Assembly (NCBI RefSeq): GCF_006345805.1
Contig: NC_042998.1
Location: 199,516,001 to 199,580,000 of the forward strand
DNA length: 64,000 nucleotides
Reading direction: 5' to 3'
Source of the DNA: Octopus sinensis
Taxonomy: Eukaryota
The position numbers and the translations under genes were made by a program. Positions 1-13,172 of the stretch are shown piece after piece. Position 1 is the stretch's first letter. Every line of letters starts with the position of its first letter. The notes under the pieces are model-generated. The model was not told the DNA's origin. It did no database searches and worked only from the letters and a program-made list of their open reading frames with translations.

Positions 1-115
1 GTTTCATGTAGACGTTATAGTAAGCGACATTCCTCCGCTGGAATATTCATTCCTTCTACAAATTAAAATTTGTTTTCATATAGGATATGCTTTCACAGGT
101 CTTATTGGATCGTTT

Positions 116-312
116 TTCTTCTTCTTCTTCTTCTTCTTCTTCTTCTTCTTCTTCTTCTTCTTCTTCTTCTTCTTCTTCTTCTTCTTCTTCTTCTTCTTCT
201 TCTTCTTCTTCTTCTTCTTCTTCTCTCCTCTTCTTCTTCTTCTTCTTCTTCTTCTTCTTCTTCTTCTTCTTCTTCTTCTTCTTCTTCTTCTTCTTCTTCT
301 TCTCCTCCTCCT
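116..312. repeat. (CTT)n microsatellite
   Basis: Near-perfect CTT run; explains the poly-S/L/F/K/E ORFs at 56-371. Confidence 0.98.
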
Positions 313-477
313 CCACCACTCGCATCTTTACACGAGTAAATTTATCAGCTCCAGAAATCTTTGTTCTGTAACACGGAAACTGTCATTCTCTATCCATGTT
401 TAATCTTTTTTCTGTATCCTATTTTGGTAGGTTTACTTCTGTGATAATATTCCAGTATACACATATACATCTACTAG

Positions 478-655
478 TACTCCGTCGCTTGCGACTCGTG
501 TTTCAGCTAGTCCGATCAGCGAAGCAGATTCGTCGTGGAATTAACGTGCAAGTGGCTCAGCACTCTAAAGACAAGCTTACCCTTAATATAGTTCTGAGAG
601 AGATTCAGCACGACATTTAATGTGACAAGGCTGGCCGACTGAACTACAGACCACA
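478..655 (-). mobile_element. Degenerate 3' part of SINE family C (tail 1)
   Basis: Diverged reverse complement of 13380-13555 (ttaacgtgcaagtggctcagcactc; gtgacaaggctggcc). Confidence 0.7.
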
Positions 656-1228
656 AGAAAAATAAAACAAGAATTTGATGCAAAAGTGGAAGGGTGAATG
701 AAAACGCGAAAAGAAGTCCACCACATTTGTTCATTCTAGATGAGAAATTTTCAGCAAATGCAAGCATGCAAGCGTATAGACAGATTTCTTTTAGTGAATT
801 GGAGGACACCATCCTCTCCAGATTGAAAAGCTGTGTAGCATGCTTTGGAGCCCTTGTCTTTGAATTATTCTACAACTAGTTTAGTTATGACTTTTACGTA
901 ACACTAAATTAATCATGACTTTTACGTAACACGAAATTTTCCTTCTTTTCTTTTTCCATTTTTATTCATCGTTCCAATTTTTGTATCAACTTACTTCCCA
1001 TTTTCTTTCTCGTTTCTTCTCGTGGTCTCTCACGTACCAGCGTCCTGATTTCTTATAGAACAGACAATGTGCTCAAAGCCCGGTAATTGCTTGGAGACGC
1101 AAGCGACGTTATAAACTCTTGTTAGCCACATGTCTTCTCAGCAGGAAAACTATTACGTACATAATGATATTTATCTCTCACTGAATGGAGTACACTTTTT
1201 TTAACTTACCGTAACAATAAACTGCATA

Positions 1229-1359
1229 AACACACGCACACACACACAAACACACACACACGCAGACACATGCACGCACAAACACAAACACACACACACA
1301 AACACAAACACACGCACACACACACACATGCACGCACACACACACACACACACACGCAG

Positions 1360-1399
<40 letters not shown>

Positions 1400-1586
1400 G
1401 CAGACACACACACACCCCCAACACACGCACACACACACATGCACGCACAAACACAAACACGCAGACACACACACAAACACACGCACACACACACACATGC
1501 ACGCACACACACAAACACACACACACACACAAACACACGCACACACACACACATGCACGCACACACACAAACACACACACACGCAG

Positions 1587-1626
<40 letters not shown>

Positions 1627-1691
1627 GCAGACACACACACACACACGCACACACACATGCACGCACAAACACAAACACGCAGACACACACA

Positions 1692-1729
<38 letters not shown>
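1229..1729. repeat. Compound (CA)n repeat with recurring gcagacac, atgcacgc and aaacac variants
   Basis: Direct inspection; source of the CV/HT dipeptide ORFs. Confidence 0.97.
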
Positions 1730-1731
<2 letters not shown>

Positions 1732-1960
1732 AACAGTGGGATAACAATTCGGTTCTGTCCATCGATGAGGTTAGTCATCAGTAAGTCATCAATGTTTATG
1801 CGCTACAATGAAGGCCTACTTTGTGCATTTGTCGCAAATTGAATATCAGCAGAATTCAATGATTGAATTATGTGAAAATTTCTATTTCAGTTTGGGGTAA
1901 AACGTTTTTATCAAGACTCTTTTTTGTCGTGGAATATCATCTAACATTATGGTGCTATCA

Positions 1961-2168
1961 ACTCTTTACTCTTTACTCTTTTACTTGTTTCAGTCATTTG
2001 ACTGCGGCCATGCTGGAGCACCGCCTTTAGTCGAGAAAATAGACCCCGGGACTTATTCTTTGTAAGCCCAGTACTTATTCTATCGGTCTCTTTTGCCGAA
2101 CCGCTAAGTGACTGGGATGTAAACACACCAGCATTGGTTATCAAGCAATGCTAGGGGGACAAACACAA

Positions 2169-2199
<31 letters not shown>

Positions 2200-2364
2200 C
2201 GACAGGTTTCTTTCAGTTTCTGTCTACCAAATCCACTCACAAGGCATTGGTCGGCCCGGGGCTATAGTAGAAGATACTTGCCCAAGATGCCACACAGTGG
2301 GACTGAACCCGGAACCATGCGGTTGGTAGACAAGTTACGTACCACACAGCCACTCCTGCGCCTA
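1961..2364 (-). mobile_element. SINE family A, full copy (tRNA-like head, internal TA/TG tract, hairpin tail ending in gagtaaaa repeats)
   Basis: Minus strand reads ggcgcaggagtggctgtgtggta...gggttcagtccc...aaggcggtgctccagcatggccgcagtcaaatgactgaaac; at least 7 related copies in the window. Confidence 0.92.
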
Positions 2365-3383
2365 TGAAAATTTCTATTTCAGTTAGGGGTAAAACGTTTT
2401 TATCGAGACTCGTTATTGTTGAGGAATATCATTCACCATTAAGGTGCTATCACCTGCCACCAATTGTGACAGTTCTTGAAATCAAGAAGAAAACTCAGTG
2501 AATATATCTTAAATCTGGATGAAATTCCAAAATAACGAACGAAAATTTTGCTATAATCCATAGAAATCTTTTTCTGACTGTACCGAGGTCACTGACTCAA
2601 TAACATAAAAGAAATGAAAGCCATCGATTCATGACTGTTTGCGTGTTCGAATATTCGAATATTGATCAACGTTCTCTGCAAAGTGCCCGTAAAAGGATGA
2701 AAACGTGGGCGTAATCTGAACTTGCATGCTATCAAATATTTATGTCGAAACAAAAATGTTGTTCAACGTTTTCTTTGATTAGAGAAACGTCTTTCACAAT
2801 CAATTTACTTCTTGGGATTAGTCGATCTGTAAAATATTTTATTTAGATATTCTTATGCGTGAAAAGTAGGGATTGCAATCGAGAAGGCGTAAAGCTTGTA
2901 AAAAGTTTACGACGTTTCCGCAGCCCACGCCTCGCTCAGGTCTACGACATTTTCACACTCCATGAGATGAATTCTGTTTTCCACCTGGTCTAATCTAAAC
3001 TCGTTACCGAATATTTAACGTACTTAGATTTGAGATGATTGAAGAGAACGAAGGAAATCCACTTTGAGAAATAAGCGTTACAAATGAAGAGGAATTCGAT
3101 GACAAATTGGCCGCGAAACTTCAAACATTATTGGTATCGGTATATCAAGATTAGAAGTAGCTACTCTGAATCAGACAGTTATTATTAAATCAAAAATATA
3201 GCAATTTTTTTTGTTTTTTAAATCTCAGTGTATTTATGGACATAGAGAGTGGTGGTGTAAGCAGGAAATAGTTTGAGAGTGGGAGTGAAAGGAGTTGGTA
3301 TTTTATTTTAGTAGCTCCTCAGGCAACTGGTTGTAAGATCATGGAAAGTATGTATTAGACACCAATTTCAATACATATAATAC

Positions 3384-3417
<34 letters not shown>

Positions 3418-3420
<3 letters not shown>

Positions 3421-3645
3421 TCTCTTTTACTCTTTTACTTGTTTCAGTCATTTGACTGCGGCCATGGTGGAGCACCACCTTTAATCGAGCAACTCGACCC
3501 CGGGACTTATTCTTTTGTAAGCCCAGTACTTATTCTATCGGTCTCTTTTGCCGAACTGCTAAGTGAGGGGGACGTAAACACACTAGCATCGGTTCTCAAG
3601 CAAATCTAGGGGGACAAACACAGACACACAAACACACACACACAC

Positions 3646-3688
<43 letters not shown>

Positions 3689-3842
3689 TACGACAGGCTT
3701 CTTTCAGTTTCCGTCTACCAAATCCACTCACAAGGCATTGGTCAGCCCGGGGCTATAGCAGAAGACACTTGCCCAGTGGGACTGAACCCGGAACCATGTG
3801 GTTGGTAAGCAAGCTACTTACCACACAGCTACTCCTGCGCCT
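3418..3842 (-). mobile_element. SINE family A, full copy
   Basis: Collinear with 1961-2364. Confidence 0.92.
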
Positions 3843-5519
3843 ATATATATATATATATATCTATATCATTTATATGCACACATATACATCATGTATATTA
3901 TATATATATATAATATATATGACATATATATATATGTATACACACATACGCACACACGCACCCCCCCACACACACCCCACATCCCACACACATGTAATCA
4001 GCTTCTGCAACCTGATAATCAATTGTCTGACATCAAGATAAACTTCTGGATGAAGCCTAAAATTTATTCCACTCCAATTAAATTCTATATCTTGCACAGC
4101 AACATGCACTGCAATAATTTCTCTTTGGCTAGCTTCATACACATTCGTTAAAATATCTGGATAGGTAATTGTTTAGTAGCTGCACTGAATGTCAAACCGA
4201 TGCAAGTGAAGAACTCTTTAATTCTATAACATCAGACGTATTCCACCATGTATTTATAGCCGTTAAAATGATTGAAAATTAACTGCTAACATTTTAATGT
4301 AAATGATATTAATCATTACTATTACGAATATATATTTAACTGTTCCATATAAAGTTGAAAATAGGTAGAAAGCCGTTTTATTAAATATAATAATGTTTAA
4401 TTAAAACTAATTTCCTATATATATATATATAGCGTTTGGTTTTAAACCATTGCTGTTTGATCAAGTCTATGATCAAAAATGTTCTCACCGTATATATTTC
4501 GTGGCGTAGATCAGGAGACATATTATTCAGCAGCAGAGGAAATGTTTGGTACTGTTTCTAACTGACCAAGCGGTCGCCTAAATACTTTCCCGTTAGTTCA
4601 AGCGGTAGTATTTGTCACTGGAAGACATTTTTGCAGTTTTTTTTTAACCCTGAATCAAACCAGAGAAAGCAGACCTGCCGTGACAAAATTACCTGAATCA
4701 GTCTGCATCACTTGTAATGTATCTGAAGTTTCATTGCTCTATATACGTTTTCATTATTTAACACAATAGACAGAGATTTCGGATTTTCGAGAGGTACTTA
4801 GTATTACTGTCGAAAAAACTACCTATTTGAAAAACTCCTTAGCAATAGGAAACTACAAACTTGCAAACCACAGAAAGCACTATAGGATTCCAATGTAAAG
4901 TCCCAATGGGAAATACAAATTTCAATCTAAACATGAAAGTTGTAAATTTATTGACCTAAATCTAATACGTTGGCATACATGTGCAACATTTCTCGGCGAC
5001 CGACCATGTATTTACAACAAGAAGACAATGCATCAAATTATCATGCAGTACGCGAAATAGAATTAGAAAATGATGGTAAACCTATAGTGAACTCCCCAAA
5101 AGCATAATTTTAACTTAATTATCAATAGCTAGAGTCAACAGGAATATATGCCACATGTAAAAGAAATCCCAAACTGCCAGGAATTAACTGTTTATTACTA
5201 TTAAATACTACGATGAGGATTCGATCTGTTACAATAATAATTCTTTGATTGTAACTTGCGACAAACCAGGCAAACAGCGCACTAGTGTAAATAATACTTT
5301 ATTAGATGAAACCAGGCATATACTGAAACCATTAATTACTGAATTTTACATAGGAACGCTAATATCCCAGACTAACCATAACCACTAATAAAAACCTATG
5401 AAAATATCCTTAATAATATAAATAGAATCCGGTAAGCCATGTATTAAATGTATGTATAAAAAGAAAGCTGATCCCTGCTGAGACAGGTAGAAACACCGAG
5501 ACGTACACTCAAGCACACA

Positions 5520-5706
5520 TACACACGCCCACACACGCTCACACACACGCACATATTTTGTCTGTGTGTGTATGTGTGTGTATGTGTGTGTGTGTGATAT
5601 AACAACCTTTAATTTTCACTAATGTTCATACAAGGAGAACTGAGGCGACAAACTCGAGAGGCATAAGACACACGCATGTATGTATGTATGTATGTATGTA
5701 TGTATG

Positions 5707-5763
<57 letters not shown>

Positions 5764-5958
5764 AAGCATATACGCAAACAGGTACATGAACATGAAACTC
5801 CAGCACGCACGCAAGCACGCAAGCACGCATATAAAACGACAAACTCGTATTTTGAATAGTATATGTGCTTGGAAACTCACAAACACACGCGTGCACGCAC
5901 GTACACACACCACACACACATAGACACACATACAGACACACATATATAGGTATGTGTA

Positions 5959-5996
<38 letters not shown>

Positions 5997-6110
5997 AGAG
6001 TGAGGTGTATGTGTACATACATACATAATTAGATATATACATGCATCCATACACACACACAGACACCCACACATAGGCGAGTGTGAGTATGTATGTATAA
6101 AACAATAATT
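5520..6110. repeat. Cluster of (CA)n, (TG)n, (TATG)n and (GA)n simple repeats
   Basis: Direct inspection. Confidence 0.9.
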
Positions 6111-6466
6111 CCTATATATATAAAACAGCATAATTTTTAATGTCTGCTGAAACGGACCGTTAAGATTTACACATTAAAAAGACTAAAGCCATAATATATG
6201 TATATATCTATATTTTATGGCTATGTTACTTCAACCAAATTATAGATGTACTTTGTTTTTATTAGTTTCACCTTGTTCACAGAGGAAGAAAAGGCAAGCT
6301 TCGAAGAGACAGGACTATAAACATTTTGGTACGTAATTTAAGACTGCATCGCTAAAACAATAATGAAAATAAAAAGAAATGTTGTTATTTTGATAATTAA
6401 GTTTATAACTCGCTCTGTATATTATACATATATATACATCCCGACATAACTACCTACCTACTTACC

Positions 6467-6500
<34 letters not shown>

Positions 6501-6608
6501 ATAAACACCTACATATATGTAATTCCGTTTAAATGTGCATTGATGCATATATGTATGAGTTAACAGTTACACACACGCACCCTTCATATGAATATATCTA
6601 TACATATG

Positions 6609-6650
<42 letters not shown>

Positions 6651-6829
6651 ATATATATATATATATATATATTTGTATATATATATATATATAAACGCAC
6701 ATGTGTACGTATGTATAATGTATATGTATACATATATACACACGCACAGATATATGCATATATATACACATATTTACATATATAAATATATATAAATATA
6801 CATGTATAATATATAAATATATATGTATA

Positions 6830-6860
<31 letters not shown>

Positions 6861-7446
6861 CTCACACTTCCTATATTATTGGTACTCGTAAACACGTTTA
6901 TGTTACACATAATTAAACTTTCAGTAGCTTTGATCGAAAATAATTTTTTAGAAAATATGATTAATAATGATAATTACCATAAAAAATGAGGAAACTAAAG
7001 ACATTATGAATTCTCTTTGTTTATTTCAATATTAGGAGAAAACTTCTGTATTATCTTCATATTGAAATAACAGAAACAAAATGCAAAGTTTTTTGTTAAT
7101 ATATTATAATATTGCTGAAGTGCGTTAAAAGGTGTAACGTTTTCATACCTTACTCGGCGGATAAATATGCATTGTTTTCTGCTATGGTTTATAGTTAAGA
7201 AGAGACACAGTATGGTGGATGGTGAGTCGTAATATAGAGATGGTTAGTAATTCTGCAATCAGGAGTTGTGCGGGGCCTCTCGATGATTCATTGTATACCT
7301 CTATAAATAGCGTGAACACTCACAGAAACACGAGCCCCCACCCAGCACAAGCACGCACAGACACAAACACACACACACACACACGCACACATACACTGAC
7401 TCACATACACATACACCCTTTCTTTCAGTATTACCCTAACATTTAA

Positions 7447-8155
7447 GGTGGCGAGCTGGCAGAATCGTTAGCACGTCGGGCGAAATGCTTAGCGGTATTT
7501 CGTCTGCCGCTACGTTCTGAGTTCAAATTCCGCCGAGGTCGACTGTGCCTTTCATCCTTTCGGGGTCTAGAAATTAAGTACCAGTCACGTACTGGGGTCG
7601 ATGTAATCGACTTAATACCTTTGTCTGTCCTTGTTTGTCCCCTCTATGTTTAGCCCCTTGTGGGTAGTAAAGAAATAGGTAGCTGTCATGGTGATGTCAA
7701 AAAGTTACGATTCGGTTTGCGTGTCAGGCATAGTTGTATAGCATATTTGTAATTTTTTAAATCGGGTATTCATATACCAGAATGACAGTACGTGGGAAGG
7801 AAATAACCTTACTCAAGAAAACAATGATAGTTTATCGTATATATAAGGTGGTCTAAGCTGGGTATCCTTTTGAGGTCGATAAATTAAGTACCAGTTACGC
7901 TCTGGGGTCGATCTAATCAACTTAATCCGTTCGTCTGTCCTTGTTTGTCCTCTCTGTGTTTAGCCCCTTGTGGGTAGTAAAGAAATAGGTATTTCGTCTG
8001 TCTTTACGATCTGAGTTGAAATTCCGCCGCAGTCGACTTTGCCTTTCATCCTTTCGGGGGCGATAAATTAAGTACCCTTTTCGTACTGGGGTCGATCTAA
8101 TTGACTGGCCCCATCTCCAAAAGTTCGGGCCTTGTGCCTAGAGTAGAAAAGAATA
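7447..8155 (+). mobile_element. SINE family B multimer: full unit, then about 190 bp of unrelated sequence, a partial unit, and a head-less unit with tail 2
   Basis: ggcgagctggcagaatcgttagc head, gagttcaaattcc B-box-like motif, repeated cctttcggggtcgataaattaagtacc core. Confidence 0.9.
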
Positions 8156-8409
8156 TTACACTAACCTTCTATATATATATTAGCTCTGTAAATACAAAAT
8201 ATTTAAATGAATTTTGAGAAAATTCATGAAGGAAATAATTACTTTTTATTCATTTGAGATTTTTCTGAAAATTTTTACTGTAGTTATACATACCAGTTAT
8301 GCACTCCAGATAGTTTAAAAGTAACGCTTCTTTTTCATTCTTTTGACCACATTTTGGTAAGAATTAATGAATCATTCACGAAAATTGTATAGACGACAGT
8401 AAAAAATCA

Positions 8410-8700
8410 TTACGCGTTTGTTACATATGATAATGGCTCCTGTTGCATGAGTCTTGATCGGTATAGTTTCAAGTTAGCATTTTTTCCTGAGACGACCCAG
8501 GGACCTTTGTGAGATGTCCGACTTAGTTTGGTAGACTTCATAGGACTATTCACGCAAGTCGGTGCTACCTGCATCTCATTTTCTTCAGTAACAAAAATTC
8601 GTAGAGGCCTGAATTTCGGTGCGTTCTTCTCTTGAAGCTGTCTCTTCGAATTTGTCTTGCGGCTTCTGTCAAGTATATCCCATTTCATGATCGGAAGGTC
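8410..8700 (-). CDS. Possible coding exon of an unknown protein (about 97 open codons)
   Basis: Non-repetitive ORF 8410..8688 extends a few codons upstream; composition is more balanced than the flanks. No family recognised, and the best nearby acceptor (near 8718) is out of frame. Confidence 0.2.
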   Translation of the reverse strand, partial: DLPIMKWDILDRSRKTNSKRQLQEKNAPKFRPLRIFVTEENEMQVAPTCVNSPMKSTKLSRTSHKGPWVVSGKNANLKLYRSRLMQQEPLSYVTNA

Positions 8701-9281
8701 ATCTTGATTTTAAAGACTGAAAGTAGAGCGGAAAGGAATGGCAAAGCTTTCCTTGCCCTCATACCAGAAAGAGTGATTGAAATGTTTCCCTTGATATTAT
8801 TGTAACTCCCGTGCTTCGTTTTGTGATGCCTTCAGACTGTATCAGATTGGGACTATAAATCAAAACGTAAGAGAAGTACAAGTCCGATAGAGGAGAGTTG
8901 GTTACAGGTTGAAATATCGTTGAAATAGTATCTGTGTGGGTGGCGCTTTGTTACTGTCATAACATTTCATATGTAGAAAGTGATATTATCTAAGCTTAAG
9001 CTGCTTAGCTTAAGTTAACGATTCACATGTGAGTGTGGCAAATGTGGCAGAGAAAACGTACATGCATACACACCCGTGCACGTACAAACAAACACACCAC
9101 CACACACATGCACACACACTCGCACACACACGTATATGTTTACATGCAAGTATGTGTATGTGTGTTACATGAACATATATATGTATATCTCTCTGTACGC
9201 CCTCTTTCTCTGAACTTATGTAAAACATTTAATATATGTAATCTATCTATCCAATCTAATCTATCTATCTATCAATGTATT

Positions 9282-9380
<99 letters not shown>

Positions 9381-9399
9381 ATGTATGTATATATATACA

Positions 9400-10704
9400 C
9401 CACATTGAAGATGTACTCAAAGCCTTGGGAACAGGTTCGAACTCTGATGTCATATATCTTGACTTCAGTAAAGCGTTCGACAGGGTAGACCATAATATCC
9501 TACTCTCAAAATTGGCAAATGTTGGAATCCGTGGAAAAGTTCTACACTGGATTAAGTATTTCCTGGCGAATAGAACATATCATGTTGTAGTTGATGGAGT
9601 CCACCCAAGCCCAGCAAAAGTCACCAGCGGTGTCCCCCAGGGTACTGTCTTGGGTCCGCTACTCTTCATAATTTACATAAACGACCTTTCCAGTGTCGTA
9701 CATTACTGCAAAGTGAAAATATTTGCTGATGACACTAAGCTCCAGCAAATCGTCAATAAAGAAGCAGACCGAACTCAACTCCAGTCTGATCTATATGCTG
9801 TGAGTCAATGGGCAGACAGAAACAAAATGCAACTGAACGAGGGAAAATTTGAGCTGATGCATTTTGGAAGAAATTCCTCACTAAAACAGCCATACTCTGT
9901 TCCTTCAGGGGAACCGCTCACAGCCTCTAACAATATCAGAGACCTGGGTGTAATTGTTGATGACGATCTCAGTTGGAGTGCACACATCAACAAGAAGGTC
10001 GATATAGCTCGAAGGATGAGTTCCTGGATCTTAAGAACTTTCCGGTCCAGAGAACAAGGTGTCATCATACCACTTTTCTCCTCCTTTGTACGGCCACACC
10101 TCGAATACTGCTGCCCACTGTGGTCTCCCATGCAAGACAAAATTTCTTGAGGATTGAATCACCCCAGAGGGCACTCACTAAACGAATTGAAGGCATGGCT
10201 GCTCTCGATTATTGGGATCGCCCTAAAGCCTTGAAACTCTACTCTCTCCAGCGTCGCCGTGAGCGGTACATCATTTGTATGATGTGGAGAATATACCGCC
10301 AACTTTGCCCAAACGACCTGAACATTAGCTTCAAGGTTCATCCAAGACTGGGACCACGGGCCATCCGTCCCCTGCCCAATTCAAGATCACAGCATACATG
10401 TACACTGCAACATAATTTCTTTTCCTCAACAGGCCCTGCCCTATTTAACATTGTTCCGAAAGAGATCAAAGAGGAAAAGGATCCCATCAACTTTAAACGG
10501 AGTCTGGATAGATTCCTTCAAAGAATACCAGATAAGCCACCCATAATTGGATACAACTCACCCAACAAAAATTCACTACTTGAATGGACCATAAACAAAA
10601 CTTGACTTAAACAGGATTCAAATAATCCTATCAGGTGGTGCTATTAAGTTAGACATGGCCTGGACCAATCTTTGGTCGAAACATATCTAAGTTTATCTAA
10701 GTTT
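9400..10704 (+). mobile_element. 5'-truncated CR1/L2-type LINE: RT domain, C-terminus and 3' tail; one frameshift near 10140
   Basis: YLDFSKAFDRVDH, GVPQGTVLGPLLF, FADDTK and RPHLEYCCPLWSP, continued in the second ORF (LQRRRERY). Tail has a hairpin and atctaagttt x2. Confidence 0.95.
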
Positions 10705-10769
10705 ATATATATATATATAAATATGTATGAATATTTATATATGTATATGTATGTGTATATATATATATG

Positions 10770-10801
<32 letters not shown>

Positions 10802-10833
10802 GTATGTATGTATGTATGTATGATGTATGTATG

Positions 10834-10868
<35 letters not shown>

Positions 10869-10874
<6 letters not shown>

Positions 10875-10963
10875 ATCACGTGACCGACCAGACCATCAGA
10901 TGTTGCTACACATCGCTGGTCACAATGCGTTCGCATTGTTTTAGCCTTCGAATGACGCCACCC
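10869..10963 (-). mobile_element. Isolated tail-2 fragment of SINE family C
   Basis: Near-identical to 53788-53882 (tcacgtgatcacgtgaccgaccagacc). Confidence 0.88.
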
Positions 10964-12060
10964 AAAACGCATACGTCAAAACGCTTAGAATAAATATGAA
11001 CCGGATAAGCGCTGAAACCAAAGCAAATTCCAATATTCCATCGTTCTAAGCATGGGAGTTGTAATCCCGATGAAAGAGGTGGTGACAGGAAACTAAATGA
11101 AAAAAAAAGAAGATGAAATAAAAGATGCACAAGCTGTTATTTACGCCGTCAATCCACTCTTGAATAAATTGCACAAATGTAAATATTAGTACAAAAAAAC
11201 CCCAGTTAGTCCATAGTTTTCTTTCACAACTAGATAATTATCCTGGGGTTATACATGAGAAAATGTAATTGAAAAGAAAGAAAATCCTTGATAATCCTTT
11301 ACAGCTGTTTCAGGGATTCTATGACAAATTGATGCAGTAATGGTGTTATGCATACATAAATAAGCAATACAGAAAATAGGTAATAACATATAGATGTGCT
11401 TATATTCATATAGACCAACAAAATGTTTTATATTCATATTGACATTCAATTTGTCACCAAATTCCTGAAACAACTGTAAAGGATTGTCTCATATTTCTTC
11501 ATTGTTCTCAGTTGTATTTTCGTTTATTATGCTTATATTTTTTATAAACTATAACCACTTTGACACCATTTACTACTGCTTGTCAATCTAATATTCAACT
11601 CTGTCTATATCTGTTCATACATGCAACCATACATGACACACACACACACACACACAAACACGTACACACACACACACACGTACACATACACACAGGCATT
11701 CACGTACACATATACGTACGCAGACAGCCAGCCAGCCAGACACACACACACTCACACACTCTCACTCTCTCTCTCGCTCAATTTTTTTGTCCTGAAACAC
11801 ATTTCTAAAAGAATTCAACTCCAAATATTAGAATATAATTATTTAAGAATAAAATCGTGCCATTTTCGTAATTTGAAAGTTGCAATAGAAAATTGCTAGA
11901 TAATACTGAATTAAAATATCATTTGCACTTTAAATAGATACATAGAAACCTATGAAGACACGCAAGCACACGCAAGCACAAATACGCACAAACACAAGTA
12001 TACACAACCATCTAAACACACGTACACACTCACATACACCACACAAACATAATTTCAAAT

Positions 12061-12600
12061 GGCTCCCAGAAAGAGCAGACATCATTCTTCATCTATAATT
12101 ACCGACAGAGATTATGCTGATGATATAACTCTCTCCTAATACTATAAAAGAAACTCAGCTTCTACTTCGCCGATGTGAGGAAGCTGCAAAATTGGTAGAT
12201 TACACACCATTGATGATTAAACTGAGGCTATGATTTTCAATCAACAAAAATACGACGTTGAATCATCAAAGCGTGTTAAATTGAAGTGCGTAAATGACTC
12301 TTAATATACGGGATGTTTGGTAGAATGTTCAGAGAGGCAGTGAAGTAAGAACTAAATAACCATAGTCAGCAATGAACAAGACGTCCGCAATACGGGAGAA
12401 AAATTAATCTATTACCCTTAAAATGCAGTGTTTTAGAACTGCTATACAAACATTATTGATACGTTGGTGTGAATACTAGACGATTAGAAAATATATAAAA
12501 AAAAAAAACGAAATAGGATTCTGGGCAAACGGATTACATAATAAATTGTTAAATAATGTGAAGAATATTTATTCCTTGGAAGCAATATTTTTCGATCAGC
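12061..12600 (+). pseudogene. Heavily decayed RTE-type LINE reverse transcriptase fragment
   Basis: Manual translation gives ITDRDYADDITL and TIKETQLLLRRCEEAAK, with stops and frameshifts; not on the ORF track. Confidence 0.7.
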
Positions 12601-13172
12601 GTCTTGTAGTGATCATCAAGGTCGGATGACTTGCCCGGACCAATATAACAATTCTCTGCCAGCACTTCGATCGAGGAATGAAGCATGAATACCTGGTGTT
12701 TTACTTATATTGGTCTTTCGCTAGCTGAAATACTTCATCTGCGCACGTTACGACTACAAATGATAGCACTATTCTGGTCATTGACCTTCTTTGGTCAGAA
12801 TCTAGTGCTACCCGTTATTGACACAACGGGTATGTTTACCCAAATAGTTCCCATCGCCACGCTGCAAACTATGAATTTAACGTGTTCTGGCTCGAGTAGT
12901 GAAAGATGCCATCATAAAAATATTTTTGTAGGACATTGGTGGTGAAGAAAAGATGAAGTTTTATGTCGAATAGTAATACGGGAACAATACCTCTAAAAGA
13001 AGAGTTATACCTCTGTTAGAAGACATAACCTTGCGGGAGATGGAAATATTGCAGAGATAATAGAGGGCAAAGAAGCGTCTAAGAGACAGTTCTACGGTAC
13101 CCAAATGAGTGCGACTGAATATGACATAGCAAACGTAAGAGACTATATATATGTATATAATATGTAATAATT

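Noticed and set aside
2905-2945. Hammerhead-like motif on the minus strand (ctgagcga...ggaaacgtc)
   Set aside because: Core spacing is wrong and stems I and II are not convincing.
5470-5510. Hammerhead-like ctgctgag...ggt..acc-gagac-gta
   Set aside because: Two substitutions in the catalytic core and no stem I.
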